From Fibrobacterota bacterium (GTDB lineage Bacteria > Fibrobacterota > Fibrobacteria > UBA11236 > JADFYW01), in NCBI GenBank assembly GCA_042567505.1, contig JBHPJW010000005.1, forward strand, positions 9,964-73,963: a stretch of 64,000 bases of DNA, written 5' to 3'. Shown here piece after piece: positions 38,901 to 47,944 of this stretch (position 1 is the stretch's first letter; each line of letters opens with the position of its first letter). The notes beneath the pieces were generated by a model, which was given only the letters and a program-made list of their open reading frames with translations, ran no database searches and was not told where the DNA came from. Both the position numbers and the translations under genes were made by a program.

Positions 38901-41016
38901 CGTCGATGGTGACGATGCCGTTTACATTGTCCCAGTAGCTGAAATTATATCCGGTGTCGGGAATGGCTATAATGGTTTCAGCGCTGTCATACCGGGCCCA
39001 CAGGGTGTCAATCGGGATGGTTACCCCCCCGTTTTCCTGCTGCATGACCACGGGATTGGTTATTATCCCGAACTGCGCCAGAACGGTCGCGGGACCATTT
39101 GTCAAAGCGATAGTGGTATTGGGATTGGTTGAATCTGCGACAGAAGCTTCCCCGCTGGTGACCGTCCAGTACAGGAACTCATATCCGGCCTGTGAAACAC
39201 TAGCCCTGATGGGAACGGGAGAGCCGTGATCGACCGTAACTCCCGGAGTGGGGCTGACCCTTCCGCCCTGGGAAGCATTTACGGTTAAGTAATACTGCTT
39301 GATGGAGAAATTGGCCTGCACTGTAGCATCACCCGATGACAAAGTAGCTGTGGTGGAGGAATCATTGGCATTTCCAAACGAGGCAGAACCGGAAGTGACG
39401 GTCCAGTTGTCGAACTGGTAGCCCTCATCCGGGGCGGCCGTGACGCCCACCGGCACTCCATGGCCTGCCCCGGTAGCGCCTGACGGATCAGTAACGCCGT
39501 TGCCGCCGGAAGACACGGTAAGCGTGTAGTCGTTAAGCACGAAATTCGCCTGCACCGCGGCGTCCCCCGAAGCCAGGGCCACGGTAGTGGTATCGTCCAG
39601 GGAATCGGAGATGGCGGCAGTGCCTGATGTTACGGTCCATTTGGAGAAGGAATAGCCGGGATTGGGCGCGGCGCCTATCTGGGTGGCGGCTCCGTAGTCC
39701 ACGGTCTGGCTGCCCGAAGGGTTGGTGGAGCCATTGCCGTCATTTTCAACCGTGAGCGAGTAGGTGATGATGGAAAACATGGCCCGAACCTCCGCGTCAC
39801 CTGTCAGGGTAACGGTAGTGGAGGCGCTGGTGGAATCGGCGATATCCGGACTGCCGGCCCTGGTGGCCCAGTAGGAAAACAGGTACCCGGTGGAAGGCGA
39901 GGCGGAAATCGCATTAGCCACCCCGTGCTTGACGGTCTGCTGGCCGGAGGGGGTGGTGGTGCCGTTGCCGTCGTCGTCGATTTCCAGGGTGTAGGTGCTG
40001 GTGTCGAAATTGGCCTGGATGGCGGCGTCGCCGGCAGTCAATGTTACGGTCGTGGTATCATTGCCCGTGTCATTTATGGAGGCTGTACCGCTGGTGGCGG
40101 CCCAGTGGGAAAAAGTATAACCTGTGCCGGCGGAAGCGATTACCTGATTGGTGTCGTTGTGATAGACGGTCTGGCTGCCGGAGGGATTGGTAGTGCCTCT
40201 TCCGTCGTTATTGACCGTCAGGGTGTAGGGCACTCCCTGGAAATTGGCCTGGGCGGTAACTCTGAGGCTGGATTGCAGGACAATGGAGGTGGATGAGGAT
40301 GATGTGTCCAGGATTACTCCATCTCCGCTGGTTACCATCCATCTGGAAAAAGTATATCCGGGATTTGCCGTGGCTGATATGGCCACGGTGTTGCCCTGTT
40401 CATCGACTGTGTCCGCGGCCGGGGTCACGGTGCCGTTGCCGTCACTGACCACTGAAAGGGTGCAGGCCTGGGTGCCCCAGATTTCTATGTCGTCTATATA
40501 GGCTCCGCCTCGAAGGCTGTAATCATAGATGCTGCAGTAAAACCGGAACCTTATCCGCACCACTTGCCCTATATAGGAATTGAGGTTGATGGTGTTGGAA
40601 TGCCATTGCGCGGCGTTTGGGCCGCCCTCATGGGTGTCATATCCGGTGTGGTACAGTTCCAGCAGCGTCCAGTTATTGCCCTGGTCTGTAGAGATGTAAA
40701 CGCCCAGGCGGTCCCAGGTCTCCACCATGTCGAGCCAGTAATTATACCTGAGCTCCGCTTTAGCCCAGCCGACGAAACTGAAGTCCTTGTAAAGCGAGGA
40801 TGAGAAATAGGCCGTTCTATCGCAGTGCATGGAAGCGTAACCCGAGGTGTAATAAGCTCCGCTGCGTTCCCAGCTGGGCCAGCCGCTGATGCTCCAGCCG
40901 TCAAAGTCGCTGGTAAACTGATAGCTGTATATCTGCCTGATGGCGGCTTGGGTAGGTACGGCCGCCAGGACCACGGCGCAGAGAACTATTATGGCAATAG
41001 AGTAACCCCGATTCAT
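35962..41016 (-). CDS. Large secreted protein: N-terminal jelly-roll-like domain, 18 InlB-B/Flg_new-like repeats, C-terminal sorting-like domain
   Basis: Signal peptide; WHSNTINLNSY.GQ.VRIRFRF..GAYIDDI; 18 x ~78-aa YTLTV..DGNG.T.P...GY.F..W repeats; tail INLYNMKGKMVREL..YLCNM. Confidence 0.88.
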   Translation of the reverse strand: MNRGYSIAIIVLCAVVLAAVPTQAAIRQIYSYQFTSDFDGWSISGWPSWERSGAYYTSGYASMHCDRTAYFSSSLYKDFSFVGWAKAELRYNYWLDMVETWDRLGVYISTDQGNNWTLLELYHTGYDTHEGGPNAAQWHSNTINLNSYIGQVVRIRFRFYCSIYDYSLRGGAYIDDIEIWGTQACTLSVVSDGNGTVTPAADTVDEQGNTVAISATANPGYTFSRWMVTSGDGVILDTSSSSTSIVLQSSLRVTAQANFQGVPYTLTVNNDGRGTTNPSGSQTVYHNDTNQVIASAGTGYTFSHWAATSGTASINDTGNDTTTVTLTAGDAAIQANFDTSTYTLEIDDDGNGTTTPSGQQTVKHGVANAISASPSTGYLFSYWATRAGSPDIADSTSASTTVTLTGDAEVRAMFSIITYSLTVENDGNGSTNPSGSQTVDYGAATQIGAAPNPGYSFSKWTVTSGTAAISDSLDDTTTVALASGDAAVQANFVLNDYTLTVSSGGNGVTDPSGATGAGHGVPVGVTAAPDEGYQFDNWTVTSGSASFGNANDSSTTATLSSGDATVQANFSIKQYYLTVNASQGGRVSPTPGVTVDHGSPVPIRASVSQAGYEFLYWTVTSGEASVADSTNPNTTIALTNGPATVLAQFGIITNPVVMQQENGGVTIPIDTLWARYDSAETIIAIPDTGYNFSYWDNVNGIVTIDDANNDTTTLTTTWPSSTIRAVFTPYDYLLTVTNDGNGITTPADTQTVYHNVAQNISCSPGANYIFSHWSVTVGGAAFGDSTASFTDVTLSSGPATIKANFKPQYFNLTVGDDGNGTTNVDGTMPVNNGGGQTIQAFPNSGYAFSHWSTVNGTPVFDDTTANPAEVTLSVYDSEVRANFSRIPYTLTVSDTGYGTTTPAGAQTVYYGDIVQLIADPDTGNEFFRWNLSSGAGTIDDANNDTTTITISTSDATVHAYFRPITFSLTVSGDINGFTNPSGTQSVNFGAPTQVIATPNSGYLFSHWDVASGTAVVADSLNDTTTVSLFTESAFVRANFVLAPYTLTVSNDGNGATSPAGDQQASQGDPTTIIALANPGYDFFTWTTVSGIPSVFDPSNDTTTVTLNSGDGEVRADFMLKSYQLTVNNDGNGSTNPSGLQVVNHGVARQITATPGFGYEFARWTLTSGSAAIADTADNTTNVTLTSGSATITAEFRFASYSLTMTADGNGTTIPAGLASVEHSVAQQIIAVPNTGYDFNYWETTAGNANIAMATDDTTTATLSSGDATIRANFAIKTYSLSVTSAGNGTVNPFFSQTVDHGVATQITATPSPLYELERWYVSSGSAVIADSTSTVTTVTLTSGDATVTAEFGLINYDLTLSTDGNGSTIPTGVQSLEHGVADRIIAAPNTGYNFWRWTVVNGSADIAEVFDDTTYITLSSGNAEVRAEFTLKTYQLTISSRGTGTTLPAVIQTVNHGAATQVIAVPGDGHELDRWAVVDGSADIADSASDTTTVTLTSGEAAVQAVFQRKSYLVTLQAGTGGAVSPYPDTLVLHGDTLTLTAIPEETYGLLEWNVISGSAVLWDNMDEQARAVITEPVTIAAEFDNLVSILLSRGLLPTRFDLSVYGDNLHFDVPPLNGMTPVPLKINLYNMKGKMVRELWNKPAVPGFYRQPLRRESGLGSQLYLCNMRAREFKKTIKVLLRE

Positions 41017-41321
41017 ATGTCACCTCATTATTTAATGGTAACGCTTTGGAAAAGTCCTTACCCATTATACAGGCAAGGTCAGGGCCCAGTCAATGAAATT
41101 GAGATATAACAGGGACTATCTGGATTGGGTGATTATCCCTGCAAAATGCCTGGTGAGGAATCCTCCAGCTTGTCTGGGACGTGTTTCCTATTTAATGTGT
41201 AATGTCAATACCCGTAAAGCGACCAATAAAAACTTTTCCGGATCACCGCAGATTTAGAAAAGCTTGGGGAAAGTCAAAGAAGGAAAAATGGCAAAACGGG
41301 GCCGGATTTGGCTGTAATTGG

Positions 41322-41338
41322 TTGGCATATCGATTGCT
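41322..41338 (+). promoter_or_regulatory. Sigma-54 -24/-12 promoter
   Basis: TTGGCATA-TCGA-TTGCT, 47 bp upstream of the aldo/keto reductase ATG. Confidence 0.75.
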
Positions 41339-41384
41339 TATTTTGATCTTTAACTAATATCCATCAACCTGGAGAAAGGGAAAA

Positions 41385-42428
41385 ATGAGGTACAAACTAT
41401 TCGGAAAAAGCGGGCTTCGGGTCTCGGAGATTTGCCTGGGCACCATGACCTTCGGATTGGAATGGGGCTGGGGCGCCTCAAAAGCCGAGAGCCGGAAGAT
41501 GTTTGACAGGTTCGCGGACACGGGGGGCAACTTTATTGACACAGCCAATATGTATACAGATGGGACCAGCGAAAAACTGACCGGAGAGTTTATCCGCGCG
41601 GACCGGGAGCATTTTGTGCTGGCCACTAAATACAGTCTCAGCATGAGGAAGGGAGATCCGAATTTTTCAGGAAACCATCGGAAAAACATGGTCCAATCCC
41701 TTGAAGCGTCTTTAAAAAGGCTTAAAACAGAGTACGTGGATATCTATTGGGTGCATGCCTGGGACTTCATGACCCCCATTGAAGAGGTGATGAGGGGTCT
41801 GGACGACCTGGTCCACGCGGGAAAGGTGCATTATATCGGCATATCAGATACTCCAGCCTGGATTGTCGCAAGGGCCAATACCATGGCAGGATTAAAAGAC
41901 TGGACTGCCTTCACAGGCATGCAGATAAAATACAGCCTGGCCGAACGCACGGCCGAACGGGACCTGCTGCCCCTGACCAGGGAGGACGGCATGGCAGTGA
42001 CGGTCTGGGGCGCCCTGGCCTCAGGACTGCTCAGCGGGAAATTCCATAACAGGAAAAAGCGAATGTCTCAGAAAAAAAATACAAGAATAAATCCCGCTAC
42101 TGATTCCAAGTTTTTTACGGAAAAGAACCTGGCCGTCACCGGTAAAATTATGGAAATCGCAGAAGCCATGGACCGGCCTCCGGCTCAGATTGCCCTCAAC
42201 TGGGTACGTCAGCAGCAGGGAACCATTATACCCATTGTGGGAGCCAGGAATGACAAGCAGTTGAAGGAGAACCTTGAATGCCTGGAATTTAACCTGGATA
42301 AGGAACAGTTGTGGGCACTGGATGACGTGTCCCGGATTGAGCTCGGGTTCCCCCATGAGTTCCTGCGAACAGAAACCGTGCTGCAGAAGCTATATGGAGG
42401 AACACTGGACTCAATCGATTTGGAATGA
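41385..42428 (+). CDS. Aldo/keto reductase
   Basis: SGLRVSEICLGTMTFG, GGNFIDTAN.Y and SLKRL.TEYVD. Confidence 0.95.
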   Translation: MRYKLFGKSGLRVSEICLGTMTFGLEWGWGASKAESRKMFDRFADTGGNFIDTANMYTDGTSEKLTGEFIRADREHFVLATKYSLSMRKGDPNFSGNHRKNMVQSLEASLKRLKTEYVDIYWVHAWDFMTPIEEVMRGLDDLVHAGKVHYIGISDTPAWIVARANTMAGLKDWTAFTGMQIKYSLAERTAERDLLPLTREDGMAVTVWGALASGLLSGKFHNRKKRMSQKKNTRINPATDSKFFTEKNLAVTGKIMEIAEAMDRPPAQIALNWVRQQQGTIIPIVGARNDKQLKENLECLEFNLDKEQLWALDDVSRIELGFPHEFLRTETVLQKLYGGTLDSIDLE

Positions 42429-42479
42429 GTTGAAATCAAGCTGTAAAGAACAGAAATTTACATTTGGGAGAACGGTAAA

Positions 42480-42944
42480 ATGATAACAGCGGAAGAACTC
42501 CTTCGGGACAAGGGAAGAGAACTCATTGGTGTTTCCCCGGACGCTTCTATCAGAGATGCGCTGAAAGTAATGGTAGAAAAAAAAATTGGCTCAATTCTCA
42601 TCAAGGAAAACGGGAAAGTGGCCGGTATCTGGACAGAGCGGGACTTCATGCAGAATATCCTGTCGGAGGGATTTGACCTGGACAGATCCCGGGTGGGTGA
42701 TTACATGACCACCAAACTGCAATATGCCCGCATATCGGATCCGTTACATATATTAATGGACAAGTTCCTGGGATTGGGAATCCGCCATTTGCTCATAGAA
42801 AAGAATGGAGAGTGTGTGGGTGTGCTTTCCACCAGGGACGTGGTCAGGTCCAACCTGCATGAAAAATTTCAGGAACTAAAAAAAGAAAATGCTGAGACCA
42901 GCTGGGAATACTATGAAAACTGGAAATGGACACCCGGTAGCTGA
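42480..42944 (+). CDS. CBS-domain protein
   Basis: Two CBS motifs (GIWTERD, IRHL.I). Confidence 0.9.
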   Translation: MITAEELLRDKGRELIGVSPDASIRDALKVMVEKKIGSILIKENGKVAGIWTERDFMQNILSEGFDLDRSRVGDYMTTKLQYARISDPLHILMDKFLGLGIRHLLIEKNGECVGVLSTRDVVRSNLHEKFQELKKENAETSWEYYENWKWTPGS

Positions 42945-42948
42945 ACTG

Positions 42949-43014
42949 ATAGTCCTGTTCTATTAACAAGATTGAAACAAACAATTAGATAATAATATGC
43001 GTTCTATATATTCT
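42949..43014 (+). promoter_or_regulatory. OxyR box plus promoter of transaldolase
   Basis: ATAG-N7-CTAT-N7-ATTG-N7-CAAT (42949-42985), then TTAGAT-N18-TATTCT. Confidence 0.8.
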
Positions 43015-43021
43015 AGGTATA

Positions 43022-43172
43022 TGAGGAGTGAGGAGTGAGGAGTGAATACTGTCATTCCGTGCTTGATCCGGCGTCTTGTCATGCCGGGCACCGACCCGGC
43101 ATCTTACCACAGTAAATTTAACTGGGAAAGATTCCGGCATTCGCCGGAATGACAGGCGGAGGCCGGCGTGAC
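43022..43172. repeat. 7-mer array (TGAGGAG) plus GTCATTCCG...CGGAATGAC REP-like palindromes in the tal leader
   Basis: tgaggagtgaggagtgaggagtga; gtcattccg..; atgccggg..cccggcat; attccggc-attc-gccggaat. Confidence 0.65.
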
Positions 43173-43206
43173 ATTAATGGAATTCTATTAACCACGGAGG
43201 CAAATT

Positions 43207-44169
43207 ATGAATATTCTAGAGCAGCTTAAGTCGATGACAAAAGTAGTGGCTGATACCGGGGATTTTGAATCTATGAAGGAATATAAACCCATTGACGCCA
43301 CCACTAATCCAACGCTTATCCACGCCGCTGTCCAGGATGGGAAATACCAGCACTTGGTGGAAGACGCCCTGGCATACTGCAGGGAAGAAGCTGCGGACCT
43401 GCAGGGGCAGGTCCGTGTATGCCTGGACAAACTCGCAGTCAATTTCGGGTTGGAAATCCTCAAAATCGTGCCGGGCAGGGTTTCAACTGAAGTGGATTCC
43501 CGACTGTCTTTTGACACAGAGGCCACTATACAAAGGGCCAGGGAACTGATAAGCCTGTATGAGGCCGCCGGGACGGGAAGGGAGAGGATTCTCATCAAGA
43601 TTGCCTCCACCTGGGACGGTATAATGGCTGCTGAAGCGCTGGAGAAAGAAGGCATTCACTGCAACCTGACCCTTCTCTTCAGTCAGGTCCAGGCCATTTC
43701 TTGCGCGGAAGCCGGCATCACCCTCATCTCTCCCTTTGTGGGGCGCATCATGGATTGGCATAAAAAGGCCCGGGGCGTCGATACCATACCAGCGCCTGAG
43801 GACCCAGGGGTACATTCTGTCACTAACATCTACAATTATTTCAAAAAGTTTGGTTATCAGACCGAGGTGATGGGCGCCAGTTTCAGAAACGCCGACGAGA
43901 TTATCGAACTCGCCGGCTGCGATCTGCTGACCATTTCGCCCAAGCTCCTGGGGGAATTGGAAGGCAGGGAAGGAAAGCTGGAAATGAAACTCGATGAGGA
44001 GAAATCGAAAAGTATGGATGTTGAAAAAATTGAGCTTGATGAAAAGCGTTTCCGGTGGCTGCTGAATGAAGATGCCATGGCCACGGAAAAACTGGCCGAA
44101 GGTATCAGGAACTTCACCAAAGACCTATTAAAACTGGAAAAGATTGTTGTTCAGAAGTTGAGTAGCTAG
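43207..44169 (+). CDS. tal: Transaldolase
   Basis: [22 protein letters not shown] and ISPFVGRI. Confidence 0.97.
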   Translation: MNILEQLKSMTKVVADTGDFESMKEYKPIDATTNPTLIHAAVQDGKYQHLVEDALAYCREEAADLQGQVRVCLDKLAVNFGLEILKIVPGRVSTEVDSRLSFDTEATIQRARELISLYEAAGTGRERILIKIASTWDGIMAAEALEKEGIHCNLTLLFSQVQAISCAEAGITLISPFVGRIMDWHKKARGVDTIPAPEDPGVHSVTNIYNYFKKFGYQTEVMGASFRNADEIIELAGCDLLTISPKLLGELEGREGKLEMKLDEEKSKSMDVEKIELDEKRFRWLLNEDAMATEKLAEGIRNFTKDLLKLEKIVVQKLSS

Positions 44170-44186
44170 ATTGATCCAAGGCAATT

Positions 44187-44430
44187 GAGTAAGGAGTAGG
44201 GAGTAGGGAGTAGGGAGTTATGAGTTGTAAGGAAGGAGCGACTTCCAATTTCACGCCGGGCTTGCCTGCCACGGCGACAAACGGGACCCGGCGTCTATCC
44301 ACAGCAACCTTTGGCCGAGGTTTCTATGGAAAGATTCCGGCTGGAGTTTACCCCGGCCACCGAGCCGGGGCAGGAATGATAATCTTGACAAGACGACCCT
44401 TCTTCCTCCTTACTCCCCACTCCCCACTCA
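44187..44430. repeat. Inverted GGAGT 7-mer arrays enclosing nested REP-like palindromes
   Basis: gagtaaggagtagggagtagggagtagggagt ... ctccttactccccactccccactc. Confidence 0.65.
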
Positions 44431-44466
44431 CAACTAATTTGTCACACCCGAGATACTTATCTAAAC

Positions 44467-45825
44467 ATGACAACCTTTAAAATAAAAAAAGGACGAACGC
44501 TCAATATAAAAGGAACACCCGAGCGGGAAGTTTCTGTGGCGTCGAGCGGCAAGAGATTTGCCCTGCTCCCCCCAGACTTTGCCGGCATTAAAGGAAAACT
44601 GTCGGTCAATGTGGGAGATAAAGTGCAGATAGGGGAGCCCCTTATGTATAACCGTTCTTACCCGGAAATGGTTTTTACTTCACCTGCCGGGGGCAAAGTG
44701 GTTGAGATCAATCGGGGGGACAGGCGCGTGTTGCTTGAGGTGGTTGTTGAGGCGGACAGCGAAGAGGAGTTCAAAGATTTTCCATCTTTTGACCTGCCCG
44801 GCATTGAAAAACTGGGACGGCCGGAACTGGTAAGCCATTTGCTGGCATCGGGCATGTGGCCCTACCTCATCCAGAGGCCGTTTTCAAAGATTGCGGACCC
44901 ATCGGCCATGCCCAAGTCCATTTTTATCAATGCCATGGATACAGAACCCAATTGCGCGGACAAAGAGTTCCTATTGCAGGGAAAAAGGGCCGAGTTTCAG
45001 GCCGGTGTGCATGCTTTAAAGCGCCTTACCGAGGGAAAACTGTTTCTCTGTTATGGGGGAGGCGATGAGAAATCCGTACCGGAAGTCTTTGATATTGAAG
45101 GAGCGGAGACCCATCAGTTCACAGGCCCTCATCCGGCGGGCAATGTGGGTACCCACATACATTACCTGGATCCCATTAACAAGGGTGAGGTGATATGGCA
45201 TATATCCGCTGAGCACCTGGCCCTGATTGGCGGTTTTCTGTTGAGAGGAAAAATACCTGTTGAGCGCGTGGTGGCATTGTCCGGTTCTTCAGCGCTGAAT
45301 CCCCGATACGTTAAAACCCGCATGGGGGCGGATCTCAAATCTATTGTAAATGACCAGGTTGAGAAGGGCGAGGTGAGGTTTATTAACGGGGGAGTATTAA
45401 CCGGCAGGCAGGTCCCGGCCGGTAGTTACCTGGGTTTTTATAACTCCACCGTCACCCTCATACCCGAGGGACGGGGCAAGGAGACGGCTGGATGGCTGAA
45501 ACCGGGATTGGACAAACCAAGCTTTTCAAGAATGTTTTTCTCAGCCATTACTCCCTTTAAAAAAAATACCATGGACACCAGGATAAACGGGGAGGCCCGG
45601 CCTCTGGTGGCTACTCATGTCTATGATTCTCTGGTGGCCCTGGATGTATATACGGAGTTCCTGGTGAAGGCCTGCCTGGCTCAGGACGTTGAGGCCATGG
45701 AGGAACTCGGCATACTGGAATGCGCGCCCGAGGACTTTTCCCTTTGTACTTATGCTTGTGTGTCCAAGCTGGAAGTTGATACTATCATACGGGAAGGCCT
45801 TGAACTCATGGAAAAAGAGGGATAG
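44467..45825 (+). CDS. nqrA: Na+-translocating NADH:quinone oxidoreductase subunit A
   Basis: KIKKG..L.I.G, RPFSK, GPHPAGNVGTHIH and EDF.LC...C.SK. Confidence 0.95.
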   Translation: MTTFKIKKGRTLNIKGTPEREVSVASSGKRFALLPPDFAGIKGKLSVNVGDKVQIGEPLMYNRSYPEMVFTSPAGGKVVEINRGDRRVLLEVVVEADSEEEFKDFPSFDLPGIEKLGRPELVSHLLASGMWPYLIQRPFSKIADPSAMPKSIFINAMDTEPNCADKEFLLQGKRAEFQAGVHALKRLTEGKLFLCYGGGDEKSVPEVFDIEGAETHQFTGPHPAGNVGTHIHYLDPINKGEVIWHISAEHLALIGGFLLRGKIPVERVVALSGSSALNPRYVKTRMGADLKSIVNDQVEKGEVRFINGGVLTGRQVPAGSYLGFYNSTVTLIPEGRGKETAGWLKPGLDKPSFSRMFFSAITPFKKNTMDTRINGEARPLVATHVYDSLVALDVYTEFLVKACLAQDVEAMEELGILECAPEDFSLCTYACVSKLEVDTIIREGLELMEKEG

Positions 45826-45832
45826 CGCTTAT

Positions 45833-47020
45833 ATGAAGATCAAAAAACTTCTGGATGCTCTGGAGGAGAAGTCTAAACCAGGAGGACCGCTGCACAGGCT
45901 TCATCCCCTTATTGAGGCGCAGGACACCTTTGTCCGCACGCCGGACACCAGGACCGGCCAGGGCCCGCATGTGCGTGACTTTGCCAGCCTGAAGCGGATG
46001 ATGGTGCTGGTGGTGGCTGCACTGGCCCCGTGTATATTTATGGGTATCTATAACGCAGGCTATCAGAGGTTTTCGGCCTTGGGCCAGGAGGCCGCATTTA
46101 TCCAGTGCATGGTTGAAGGGGCAAAGCTTTTTGTTCCCATCCTGCTGGTATCTTATGTGGTGGGCGGTTTGTGGGAGCTCCTTTTTGCCCTGGTGAGGAA
46201 ACATGAAATTACCGAGGGATTCTTTGTCACCGGCCTGCTGTTTCCGCTCACCCTGCCTCCCACCATCCCACTCTGGCAGGTGGCGGTGGGCATCAGTTTC
46301 GGGGTGGTGATAGGCAAGGAAGTGTTCGGCGGCACGGGCATGAACATCCTGAACCCGGCCCTGACTGCCCGGGCCTTCATCTTTTTCGCCTACCCGGCCA
46401 GGATGTCCGGAGACAATGTATGGGTGGCGGTCAATAGCGCCAAAGAAACGCTGGTGGACGGGTTCTCAGGCGCCTCACCGCTGGGAGTGGCCTTTGGCGG
46501 GACAGCGGGGGAGGGGGCAGTGCAATTGTTGAGCGATGCGGGCATCACCTTAAAAGCGCTCTTCCTGGGACTGGTCCCGGGTTCGGTAGGGGAGACTTCG
46601 GTGCTGGCCTGCCTGATAGGGACGGGAATACTGCTGGCAACGGGCGTGGCTTCCTGGAAGATAATGGCCTCCATGCTGGCCGGAGGGACATTGACAGCTT
46701 TGCTTCTGAATATGGCGGCGGGGCCGGAATCATCGGCGCTCATGGCGCTTCCCTTTTATTACCATCTCAGCATGGGGGGCTTTGCCTTCGGGCTGGTATA
46801 CATGGCCACCGACCCGGTCACAGCGGCCTCCACGGAAACCGGCAAGTATATATATGGTTTTTTAACGGGCTGCCTGGCCATAACTATCCGGGCCCTGAAT
46901 CCCGCCTATCCCGAAGGCGTAATGCTGGCCATCCTGTTCATGAACATCTTCTCACCGTTAATAGATTATTACGTGGTTCAGGAAAATGTTAAAAAAAGGC
47001 TCAGACGTGCGAAGCGATAG
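45833..47020 (+). CDS. nqrB: Na+-NQR subunit B
   Basis: KEVFGGTG.N.LNPAL, FAYPA.MSGD, MATDPV and AYPEG.MLAIL; start MKIKK. Confidence 0.95.
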   Translation: MKIKKLLDALEEKSKPGGPLHRLHPLIEAQDTFVRTPDTRTGQGPHVRDFASLKRMMVLVVAALAPCIFMGIYNAGYQRFSALGQEAAFIQCMVEGAKLFVPILLVSYVVGGLWELLFALVRKHEITEGFFVTGLLFPLTLPPTIPLWQVAVGISFGVVIGKEVFGGTGMNILNPALTARAFIFFAYPARMSGDNVWVAVNSAKETLVDGFSGASPLGVAFGGTAGEGAVQLLSDAGITLKALFLGLVPGSVGETSVLACLIGTGILLATGVASWKIMASMLAGGTLTALLLNMAAGPESSALMALPFYYHLSMGGFAFGLVYMATDPVTAASTETGKYIYGFLTGCLAITIRALNPAYPEGVMLAILFMNIFSPLIDYYVVQENVKKRLRRAKR

Positions 47021-47702
47021 ATATACCTTCCTGTTCGCCGCGGCGGTCTGCATAGTGTGCAGTGTTTTGCTGGCCGTGGCTGCCAGTTCCCTGAAGCCCC
47101 TGCAGGAATTTAATGTATCCATAGACAGAAAGACCAATATTCTCAAGGCCCTGGGATTGTATGATCAAAAGTCCGGACAGCTTCCCGCTTATGAAATAGA
47201 GAAAATCTTTTCACAAAGGATTATGGAGAAAGCCATGGATGCCATGGGCAATGAGGTTGCGATTGATCTGAGGGGCGAAAAAAGGGAAGGCGGTTATTTA
47301 CCGTACTATGTCCGCAGTGACAATAACTCCATTGCCATTCCCATCGAGGGCATGGGCCTGTGGTCGCTGCTGCAGGGCTACCTAGCCCTGGAAAGCGACG
47401 GACGAACGGTTAAGGGCTTAACCTTTTATGAGCACAAGGAAACCCCGGGCCTGGGCGCTGAAATTGAAGAGGACTGGTTTACCGGCAATTTTGTGGGCAA
47501 GGACATTCTTAACAAGGCTGGTGAGTTGGTTTCCATTACCGCGGTCAGGGGCAAGGCCGGGGAATACGCGGGGCAGGACCTGGACAACCTGGTGGACGGC
47601 ATCTCGGGCGCCAGCATGACGGTGCGGGGAGTTAATGATCTCCTGCTGGCTGGACTTAAAGACTATGAACAGTATTTGAAGAGACTGTGGAAAGATAGGT
47701 GA
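47007..47702 (+). CDS. nqrC: Na+-NQR subunit C (GTG start assumed; ATG at 46986 possible)
   Basis: G.GLWS, H.ETPGLGAEI and VDGISGAS.T..GV. Confidence 0.93.
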   Translation: MRSDRYTFLFAAAVCIVCSVLLAVAASSLKPLQEFNVSIDRKTNILKALGLYDQKSGQLPAYEIEKIFSQRIMEKAMDAMGNEVAIDLRGEKREGGYLPYYVRSDNNSIAIPIEGMGLWSLLQGYLALESDGRTVKGLTFYEHKETPGLGAEIEEDWFTGNFVGKDILNKAGELVSITAVRGKAGEYAGQDLDNLVDGISGASMTVRGVNDLLLAGLKDYEQYLKRLWKDR

Positions 47703-47743
47703 AAAAAAACGCGCAGCGGCCGCAGACCGGTCAGAGAAGAATA

Positions 47744-47901
47744 TCGCGCAGAGAACGCAGAGAAATTATTGATTTAAAATGTTTGGCATGACAATACAAG
47801 GAATTAAAAAATCATCTTTAAATGATTTCTTTCTTATAAGTATTTTTCCCAATAATTGGATAAAAAAAACATTCTCTGCGATCTCTGCGTTCTCTGCGCG
47901 A
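47744..47901. mobile_element. MITE-like cassette with perfect 20-bp inverted repeats between nqrC and nqrD
   Basis: TCGCGCAGAGAACGCAGAGA / TCTCTGCGTTCTCTGCGCGA around an AT-rich interior. Confidence 0.6.
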
Positions 47902-47944
47902 GAAAAAAAGGAAACTATAAGAAACGAATCAGGATTCGATTTTA

